A stretch of DNA of 64,000 nucleotides from a virus (lineage: Duplodnaviria; Caudoviricetes). The DNA is taken from positions 1 to 64,000 of IMG/VR virus record IMGVR_UViG_3300014204_000006; one strand, 5' to 3'. A model generated the notes under the pieces. That model made no database searches and had not been told where the DNA came from. It was given only the letters and a program-made list of their open reading frames with translations. A program made the translations under genes and the position numbers. Of the stretch, positions 56,731 through 64,000 are shown one piece after another (position 1 is the first letter of the stretch; each line of letters opens with the position of its first letter).

Positions 56731-58935
56731 TTATTTACCTGGTTGAGTTGACATAGCTCTATTTAAAATATTCGACTGCATACTAGTAGTATTCCTTGAT
56801 GGTATATTCGTATCTACTTTGCTTCCTGGAGCCCTGTTATGCCCTGCCATGTTTGGCATATATGATTTTGTGCTTTTATCGGCAGTTGGAACTCCATTAA
56901 CCGTAGGAGGAATTCCACCATCTGCTAAAAGATTAATTGGTCTAGAAAACTGTGAAAATCCGCTTCCACTATTATAATTCTCACCGGTCCTTCTGAGGTG
57001 TTTTATAACACTATGGAGAGATGATTTTGGAATGACATTTCCTATCCCTGGTCCTCCCATCCCCCCTGCTCCTCCTGAAGGAGGCATTGGAGCTCCTGGC
57101 AATCCCGCAGGCGGTCCTGTAGGTGGCGTCAATGGAGCCATCCCTGCTGGTGAGGTAGCCCCTGGGGTAGCTCCAGCTGGAGACAATGGTTGCCCGTCTG
57201 GACCTACACCACCAGTTTCTGGGGTTTCTTCTGATTTGGTAACTCCATCTAAGGACCATCCCCAATCAGCTATTACTCTAGATGTAAGTTTTTGCGGATC
57301 AATAAATGGCAAATTAATAAGAAGTTGATAAAGATCCATATCTTGCTTCTTTTTAACCTCATCTTGCCCAGCAATAGAAGGAAGTACTTTTGCACTATAA
57401 TCAAAGAAACCATTTAAATCATCTTTTTCAATAAGAGGGAATTCAGGCTGACCATTCTTTCCAATTATCCGTATTTTCATCTTCTCTGTAAATAATTGCC
57501 TGTTTAAATCCATCCAATATCTAAGAACATCGGCATAAGCATCCCCTAGATGATTTACAAACATTCTGACACGTTCTAGGGTAGATTCTCTAAGATGACG
57601 CACTTCTGTGGCACTATTTGATCCTCCACCTATTCCTTGAGAAAAATCATCCACTCCTGAAGCATATTGCATATCTCCCTTTAACAATTCCTCTTCCTTG
57701 TAAGCAGACGGCTTTATATCGCTAAACTGCACTTCTCTAACCCCATTTGGATCTATAGAATAAATTATACCGAATGGTCTTGTGACTAGTTCGTCTTTAT
57801 TAACATTTGCTAAAGGATTTACAATCCACATCTTATGTATAGAGAGGGTAGCGGCATCAAGTCTCTGATTTTTAACCAAATTTAGCATAATTTGAGGACT
57901 TTCCAATATAAGCGGCAATCCATATCCTTCAAATTCTCCCGGGATCTTTAAATAAGAAGCATCAATAAAAGGAGCTTCTTTAAAGTCCATGGGTATAGGC
58001 ATAGATCCTCCTTTAAAAATAGGGACACTGCTTCCCCCTACTATGACAGCGTATTCATCATCAAATGGCCTCCACCATTCGAAAATTTCATACATCTTTA
58101 ACAAATTGTCTTGAGTATTATTATATTTATCCCCTCCAGCCCCTCCACTAGAAAAAGAGGATGCTGCTGAAGATTTTGTTGTGTTCAAATTAGTAGTCCT
58201 TACTTGTTGCCTTATTTGAGCATAATCAGTGAGGTCACCTCCTGGAGAGTTAATAGCTAATTGGAGCCTTTGTTTGTCTGCCATTGGATATCTCCTGGTT
58301 ATTTCAGCCTCTGTCAAAACTAACCGCTTGAACCAGAATTGCTTGCTTTTTCTAGCAGTATTGTGCCAATCATACCAAAGGTTGTAATTGTCTACCCATT
58401 CACACATGGGACCGTCAAAAAAGGTTCTTTCTTCTGTTTTCCACACATATTTAGAACTGGCTATGTCCTTTGACCTAAGAAATTTTAACTTTCTTACATC
58501 TTTTTTCCAACTAACCTGTAAAAAACCTATTCCATAAATAAGTGTAGCACGAACAAAATCTTCATTTGTGGCATCCATTCCGGCTTTCTCCCAATCATAG
58601 TCCATCAATTTTACCTGCTTTTCCGCTCTGACTTGATCGTCTTCATTTCTTCCAATTACAGTAAACTCAGGTCTAGCGTCAACTATACGTGGGACCATAG
58701 TTTCTACCGCCGATTGGATGTATGGAATCTGAACATTGGACTGCCATTTTTTTATTTCTCTCTGCCTATCTCCTCCATAAGCAATATAAAGCTTATATGA
58801 ACGATCAAGCCGTGGTTTTATCACGTTTAAGAAGTAATTCCTGGCATCGTCTCTTTGAATATTAAAAAGTCTTAGAAGTTCTTCCTCTTTTTTTCCAAAA
58901 TTTGATGCATTATAGATAGTTCCGTACTTTTGCAT
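56731..58935 (-). CDS. Portal protein (P22/SU10-like)
   Basis: IPYIQSAVETMVPRI, EFEGYGL, N..KNQRLD, SGVDDFSQG..SATEV; follows terminase. Confidence 0.85.
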   Translation of the reverse strand: MQKYGTIYNASNFGKKEEELLRLFNIQRDDARNYFLNVIKPRLDRSYKLYIAYGGDRQREIKKWQSNVQIPYIQSAVETMVPRIVDARPEFTVIGRNEDDQVRAEKQVKLMDYDWEKAGMDATNEDFVRATLIYGIGFLQVSWKKDVRKLKFLRSKDIASSKYVWKTEERTFFDGPMCEWVDNYNLWYDWHNTARKSKQFWFKRLVLTEAEITRRYPMADKQRLQLAINSPGGDLTDYAQIRQQVRTTNLNTTKSSAASSFSSGGAGGDKYNNTQDNLLKMYEIFEWWRPFDDEYAVIVGGSSVPIFKGGSMPIPMDFKEAPFIDASYLKIPGEFEGYGLPLILESPQIMLNLVKNQRLDAATLSIHKMWIVNPLANVNKDELVTRPFGIIYSIDPNGVREVQFSDIKPSAYKEEELLKGDMQYASGVDDFSQGIGGGSNSATEVRHLRESTLERVRMFVNHLGDAYADVLRYWMDLNRQLFTEKMKIRIIGKNGQPEFPLIEKDDLNGFFDYSAKVLPSIAGQDEVKKKQDMDLYQLLINLPFIDPQKLTSRVIADWGWSLDGVTKSEETPETGGVGPDGQPLSPAGATPGATSPAGMAPLTPPTGPPAGLPGAPMPPSGGAGGMGGPGIGNVIPKSSLHSVIKHLRRTGENYNSGSGFSQFSRPINLLADGGIPPTVNGVPTADKSTKSYMPNMAGHNRAPGSKVDTNIPSRNTTSMQSNILNRAMSTQPGK

Positions 58936-58941
58936 GAATAA

Positions 58942-58957
58942 ATTGTATCAAAGTCCT
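58942..58957 (-). promoter_or_regulatory. Putative late promoter (leaderless) for portal
   Basis: AGGACT-TTGA-TACAAT, 6 nt before ATG. Confidence 0.6.
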
Positions 58958-58978
58958 TTTTTTAGTTTGTTTTTTGAT

Positions 58979-60427
58979 TTAATATGAAAAATTAGATGGA
59001 AGTATGCCTTCATAGTCAATTTGCTCCAATTTTCCTCCGTACATGACCTTGAAACCTTGAAAACCAATAGCGGAAGCGAAAATACAGTCATCGTTGAACC
59101 CTCCTTGAGAGACCATATCGCCGGAATCATTAAAAACAAAGGTTAGCATTTCATCCATAGTCTTTTCGGTATGTATTTTCAAACTCCTATCAGATAACGC
59201 CTCTCTTAGATCATCAATCATAAGCGGTCTGGTAATTTTCGTGGTTTTCCAGCCCATTCTGTCTCCGAAAGAGGTCCCCATAGTGTCCATCTTTACTACA
59301 GGCCTGAAATAAATTTGAGGATACATCCTATTTTTTAAAGCTGTGACAGTAGTAAGGCCATGGTTATTAATTTCCACCACCATTAGAGCGTTGTTATAGA
59401 ACCTTCCAACCTTATCCAAAAAATAACCAAATCTTTCTGGAGACATATGTCCTCTCCAAAATGCCACTTCATGGCCTGATCTCCTATCATATACGGTCAA
59501 TACGGAATAATCTCCTCCAGTTACACCCTCAGAAACGTCTGCTCCTACAATATAAGTTCTTCCTTCCTTTGGTTTAAAATACATGATCAAATCGTCTTCA
59601 TCTTTTTCAACTATTCCCTTTATCCCGTCATCATCAGTAGTCTCGTCACCTACCTTTAATACATCAAGTCTCAATAGCTTAATTAATTGAGAGGAAAAAA
59701 CCGGCCTTCCTGCTGCCATGAATTCTAGCCCATATTCCTGAGCAAACTTCATGGGGTTGTTTATTCTCCTTCTTATTATTTCTATTTCTTCTTCATTATA
59801 TCCCCACCACCACCCATATTTTTTCTTGCAATAATCGTTTTCTGACATCCACATCTTATGGTACTGATTTCCCATACCATTTGGGGTGCTCTCAATAATT
59901 ATCTTACCATCCGATGGGACGGCATTTTCAATCGCCAACATTTTTTCCGATGCCTTTTCCCAGAAAGCTAACTCTGTGGCCAAAACATTATGAAGAGTAT
60001 ATCCTCTACCTACATTTTCACTAGATGGCAACACAAGTATTTTTGAATCTATGGCTGGGAATGATATTTCATATTTTGAATTATATTGTATTTGAGGACG
60101 TATAGATTCTGGAGTGGTACGATAAAAGGTTTTAACTTTATCAAGAAGTTCTGCTGTTAGGTCAGAATTATATCCGATAAGAGCAGTATTTGTCCCTGGA
60201 GTAATAATTGTTCTATGATAAAGGTATCCTACTGCAGCTGTAGAAAATCCTATCTGCCGGGCTTTCAAAATTATCACCCTAGAATGAGTATTTATGGCAT
60301 TGAAAAGATCCTTCTGAGCTTCATTTAAAATAAACGGAGCAAGACCGGGAGTTTTTCCCTTGATTTTCGTGAACGACTCTAAATAAAATTTAGGATCTAA
60401 AAGTTTATCAATGCTATTTTGTGTCAT
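58979..60427 (-). CDS. terL: Terminase large subunit
   Basis: ILKARQIGFST, LATELAFW, IIESTPNG, GADVSEG..DYS, VEINNHG, DDCIFASAI. Confidence 0.92.
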   Translation of the reverse strand: MTQNSIDKLLDPKFYLESFTKIKGKTPGLAPFILNEAQKDLFNAINTHSRVIILKARQIGFSTAAVGYLYHRTIITPGTNTALIGYNSDLTAELLDKVKTFYRTTPESIRPQIQYNSKYEISFPAIDSKILVLPSSENVGRGYTLHNVLATELAFWEKASEKMLAIENAVPSDGKIIIESTPNGMGNQYHKMWMSENDYCKKKYGWWWGYNEEEIEIIRRRINNPMKFAQEYGLEFMAAGRPVFSSQLIKLLRLDVLKVGDETTDDDGIKGIVEKDEDDLIMYFKPKEGRTYIVGADVSEGVTGGDYSVLTVYDRRSGHEVAFWRGHMSPERFGYFLDKVGRFYNNALMVVEINNHGLTTVTALKNRMYPQIYFRPVVKMDTMGTSFGDRMGWKTTKITRPLMIDDLREALSDRSLKIHTEKTMDEMLTFVFNDSGDMVSQGGFNDDCIFASAIGFQGFKVMYGGKLEQIDYEGILPSNFSY

Positions 60428-60962
60428 AAATGCTTCCGGTTACTATTGCTTCATCTTCCTGCTTTATCTTTTCTGATTCAGGTGTTTCAGGCTCTATTAC
60501 TTTATATGGTTCTAATCCTGAATCAATATATCCTCCGTCTGCTTTTTCCTCCTCAATCTTTTTTAACAACGCTTCCTCCCAAGTACCTTCGGTACCAACA
60601 GTTTCTATATCATATTTTTCCATTCCCACCGATTTTAACAATGTCTGGAACGCCTTTAATCTATCAGCATCTTTTTCTCCACTGTCTGCGATTCCTTTTA
60701 TCCCTTTAGTTATGTAATCGAAGGAAATACCACACCGGTTAAGAGCCTCATGATATTCTTTCCTCATAGCTAATTTATCCAACGTCCTATAAACCTCGGC
60801 CACGGTTTTTACCCCTATCATTTCTCTCAATTTTTTAGGGTCCTGAGTAACCTTTAACGCCTTCAATAGAAACATCTGCTGAGTAGTATTTTGAGCCCCA
60901 GACGCCGGTTTTGCTGTGGTATAAACAATCGGCCTGAGCCTTATTTTTTTTGGTTCTTCCAT
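60414..60962 (-). CDS. Putative terminase small subunit
   Basis: HTH-like N-terminus, DRLKAFQTLLK helix, directly upstream of TerL. Confidence 0.55.
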   Translation of the reverse strand: MEEPKKIRLRPIVYTTAKPASGAQNTTQQMFLLKALKVTQDPKKLREMIGVKTVAEVYRTLDKLAMRKEYHEALNRCGISFDYITKGIKGIADSGEKDADRLKAFQTLLKSVGMEKYDIETVGTEGTWEEALLKKIEEEKADGGYIDSGLEPYKVIEPETPESEKIKQEDEAIVTGSIYDTK

Positions 60963-61619
60963 TTATTTAAAGTTAAATTTTTTATGTTCCCACCACCTTT
61001 TTAATTTATTATTCCTTATATAAGGCCAATTTAAATGTCCTCCTATCAACTGATATTTATTGACATTGTTGTCATCATTGTAGCAAAGGGCCCAGTTCGT
61101 AGCCCAGTTTATAAATTCCGCATATGACATCCCTCTTTTTTCAGCCTCTTCAAGCAATTCCAGCCTCTCATCCATTTGATAAACGAATACCAGATAATCT
61201 AGGGTTATTTTTTTGTATGGATATTTATATTCTTCCGGCTCTTTAAACGGATCATGATACAAAAAATCAGGAAAGAAGTCTATCAAATAAGTAGCAACAG
61301 GGGTAAAACAAAAATTAGCCGTAAGGACACGATGACTGGTCCCTACCGCTACTTTATTAAATCTGCTAAATAATATATCGCTCCAGACCCCGTTTCCTCT
61401 TCGCTTTATTCTTCTCCTACCGTCCATTACAAGCTGTTTTTCTAACCATATCTCTTTTATAGTGGATTCAAATATAGAAAGGTGGGTTTCTTTATAAAAG
61501 TTTCTAAATTTCAATATCAATTCATCCAATGATCCGTCAACTGATTTTATCCTTCCATTGATATTGGACCACTTACTTATATCGCAAAGATCACTGTAAA
61601 TTTTGGGATAATGCTTCAT
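60963..61619 (-). CDS. Hypothetical protein
   Basis: 218-aa ORF. Confidence 0.65.
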   Translation of the reverse strand: MKHYPKIYSDLCDISKWSNINGRIKSVDGSLDELILKFRNFYKETHLSIFESTIKEIWLEKQLVMDGRRRIKRRGNGVWSDILFSRFNKVAVGTSHRVLTANFCFTPVATYLIDFFPDFLYHDPFKEPEEYKYPYKKITLDYLVFVYQMDERLELLEEAEKRGMSYAEFINWATNWALCYNDDNNVNKYQLIGGHLNWPYIRNNKLKRWWEHKKFNFK

Positions 61620-61986
61620 TGTCGTTTATATTATTCATATTATTTTCATCTGGTTTGCCCAATAGCGCATCCATGTTTTTTTCAAACATTGAAGCTAATT
61701 CTGGGTTAAGTTGTTGTAATTTTGCTATAAAAGCGGCTACTGATTCACGATTAGACAAATCTATTCCTGATGCCTGCAATCTTTCAAATACTTGTTTTAG
61801 TACACTTTTTCTGCTTATCTCAGCCTTATTGCTTGAAGCAAATCTTGTAGCTTCCAATGTCTTCATTTGCCCTTTTATTTTTTCTAGCAAATCCAAAAGT
61901 TCCTGCCTCTGAGCTTGTGAAATAGGAGCTCCTCCAGCTGCAGGATCTTGAGTGGGATCTATTTGTGTTGGTTGAGGTATATTCAT
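61591..61986 (-). CDS. Hypothetical helical protein
   Basis: 131-aa ORF. Confidence 0.65.
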   Translation of the reverse strand: MNIPQPTQIDPTQDPAAGGAPISQAQRQELLDLLEKIKGQMKTLEATRFASSNKAEISRKSVLKQVFERLQASGIDLSNRESVAAFIAKLQQLNPELASMFEKNMDALLGKPDENNMNNINDNEALSQNLQ

Positions 61987-61992
61987 ATAATT

Positions 61993-62008
61993 ATTTTAAC
62001 ACAGTACT
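61993..62008 (-). promoter_or_regulatory. Putative late promoter (leaderless)
   Basis: AGTACT-GTGT-TAAAAT, 6 nt before ATG. Confidence 0.62.
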
Positions 62009-64000
62009 TAATTATTAATACTATTGTTATCTTTAGCTGCGAAATTAGTATTGACAGGGGCCTGAACAGAGATTCCTAATGCTTGAGCAATAGCCCTATC
62101 CCTTCTGGAAGAAGCATCCTCTTTGCTAGATATTCCCAATTGATTTTTACCATTTTTTGCCATGGCTAGTTGCCTCCATCTATAGCTAGGAATATAAGGA
62201 GCAGCGGCTTCTGGAGTCAATAATCCAGCGAATGAAGCTACATTAGGAACAAAGGCTTCTCCTAATGTTCTGGCTCCATATCCGACTTTCTCTATTGCGT
62301 TAGCATCTACAGGATATAGCGGTTGCCCAAATTGACCCTGTGGTTCTATTGCTTCTCCTAATATCAATGGCTGAATAAAATAATCAAACAAAGTGCTACC
62401 CAAAGGATCTTTCATCAATGGGGATGATTGAACTGTTTGGACAAGTTGTTCCTTAGCAGAACTTCCATAATCAGTTTGCGTAGGATTAAACATATTCAAA
62501 GAATAATATGGGATCATACTTGCCATATTCATATATATAGGATTTTTATCAAAGAATGGCATCCTCATCATTCCTGGTTGTTTTAAATATGAATAATAAG
62601 ATGAGTCAAGAGCCTTTTTTTCTAGTGGAGTTTTAGATCCACCTAATTCCGTCATAGCAAACCCTACCTTATTAAATGCTGCTGGGTTATAAGCCAATGT
62701 TTGCCCGGTTTTTATTGTCATCCCATACATAAATGAAACGAATGGAGAACCGAGTAATGGTAAGTTCCTCATCACCTTTACGGCTGATGGCATTGCAGCA
62801 TAATTCAAATACATAACATTAGAAAGTTCCAAAGCATTCCTTCCAGAAATAGCATATCGTTTCTCGGTTAAAAGTTTTCCTGATTCATCTTTTAATACAG
62901 TCCTTATCTCTTCTGGGTTTATATCTATAAGTTTAGATATTTTTCTAAGTTCATTCATTGTATAACCATCAACGGTAGCAGACAGAAAGGTAGCCATTTT
63001 AAAAGTTTGGTCAATTTTTTCATAACCCTCAGGAGCCTTATTAAATATATAATTAAGGACTTTAAATGTTTTATTATCAGGTTCTTTCGCAGCCTTTTCT
63101 GCAATATACTCGAAGAGTTCTGATGCAGCCTTATTAGAAAATAACTCCTGGGAAGCCATTCCCGTTCCCAAATCCATACTAGTTACTCCCTCTATTCCTT
63201 TTTCTCTTATTGCCCGTTTGGACAGAGATACCGTAGATCTATTTTTAGCCAGTGTTTCTGCAGTTTTCATGTCTGCTTGTCTAGCTATATCAGCTAAAAC
63301 ATTGTTAACCTCTTCTGGGTTTAAAGCATCTTTTATTATCCCTGCGTCTATTCCTTGCATTGACACTCTTTCCACTACATAATTTGACAAACCCTTCCTG
63401 CCAGTTACAGGATTTCCTAAATAAGAAGTATCTCCTAAGCTTCCTGATGCTGCTGTTTTGTTTTCAGCTAAAGCTCTTCTTATCAAGTCTCCTCCCTTTT
63501 CCCCTCCTCCTGCATCCATCATTAACCCGTCAAGATAAGCTAATTTACCGGACTTTTGTCTATAATTAAGTGTAAAAGAATCTCCAAGTCTCTTTAAGAA
63601 ATTTCCGCCTATGCTTGCCCCTGCCATGTGGGTCATTAACATATTTCCGACTACAGCGTTTACCCATGATGATGGAGATGCAGCAACTTTTGCTACTCTA
63701 AATATTGACATTCCCTTATCGTAACTATCCATAGTGACCTTCCCTATTTGTTTTATTTTTCCTATATTTCTATCAGTTTTTATAGTATAGTCACGTATTC
63801 CTTTCATCATATTGTCGAACCACTTCACTCCTGTCTGATCTAATGCTCCAGAATTAACTATTTTAGAAATATCCTCTAGTGAGATCGGAGATCCTCCTAC
63901 CTTTTCATTTGTTATCCTTAATGCGTTTTCCATCGGATCAAGAGTAGTAAACTTGCTAGAATCATCCAAAAGAACAGATGCAGCATCATCAGCATCCTTC
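62008..64000 (-). CDS. C-terminal part of a large virion/polyvalent-type protein (5' end outside window)
   Basis: Frame stays open to window edge; NY..MP..VK.MR..P.LG.PFVSFMY motif typical of large internal phage proteins. Confidence 0.65.
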   Translation of the reverse strand, partial: KDADDAASVLLDDSSKFTTLDPMENALRITNEKVGGSPISLEDISKIVNSGALDQTGVKWFDNMMKGIRDYTIKTDRNIGKIKQIGKVTMDSYDKGMSIFRVAKVAASPSSWVNAVVGNMLMTHMAGASIGGNFLKRLGDSFTLNYRQKSGKLAYLDGLMMDAGGGEKGGDLIRRALAENKTAASGSLGDTSYLGNPVTGRKGLSNYVVERVSMQGIDAGIIKDALNPEEVNNVLADIARQADMKTAETLAKNRSTVSLSKRAIREKGIEGVTSMDLGTGMASQELFSNKAASELFEYIAEKAAKEPDNKTFKVLNYIFNKAPEGYEKIDQTFKMATFLSATVDGYTMNELRKISKLIDINPEEIRTVLKDESGKLLTEKRYAISGRNALELSNVMYLNYAAMPSAVKVMRNLPLLGSPFVSFMYGMTIKTGQTLAYNPAAFNKVGFAMTELGGSKTPLEKKALDSSYYSYLKQPGMMRMPFFDKNPIYMNMASMIPYYSLNMFNPTQTDYGSSAKEQLVQTVQSSPLMKDPLGSTLFDYFIQPLILGEAIEPQGQFGQPLYPVDANAIEKVGYGARTLGEAFVPNVASFAGLLTPEAAAPYIPSYRWRQLAMAKNGKNQLGISSKEDASSRRDRAIAQALGISVQAPVNTNFAAKDNNSINN

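Noticed and set aside
1-64000. Stop-codon reassignment
   Set aside because: Long intact ORFs in the standard code, all three stops end genes, no suppressor anticodon among the tRNAs

Overview
AT-rich segment of a tailed dsDNA phage genome (podovirus-like layout, standard genetic code, mostly Shine-Dalgarno-less genes; monoderm, possibly Patescibacteria/CPR host by inference). The + strand (1-16.1 kb) carries small early genes, eight tRNAs (Ser x2, Ile x2 incl. UAU, Leu x3 without variable arm, Val), a SNF2 helicase, GH25 endolysin-holin, a recombination module (RecA, SSB-like, SbcD, RuvC, SbcC), a Tad2/DUF2829-like protein, peptide deformylase and a stand-alone NrdD C-terminal-like protein. 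The - strand (16.1-64 kb) is the virion module: terminase, portal, scaffold, major capsid protein, adaptor, nozzle, fibres and large ejection-type proteins with CHAP, 3D and HNH domains. The standout is an ~11 kb cassette (8 glycosyltransferase-like genes, two with polypeptide GalNAc-transferase-like motifs, 5 methyltransferases, RmlD, radical SAM) inserted among five virion genes with long (Ser-Pro-Ser-x)n tracts: a candidate phage-encoded mucin-type O-glycosylation system. Other patterns seen: a GxGGPG motif shared by five virion proteins, an 11-copy RGNACT-N4-TAnnnT late promoter, and a beta-sandwich domain apparently split across three tail genes. All product calls come from motif recognition by eye; no database searches were run.
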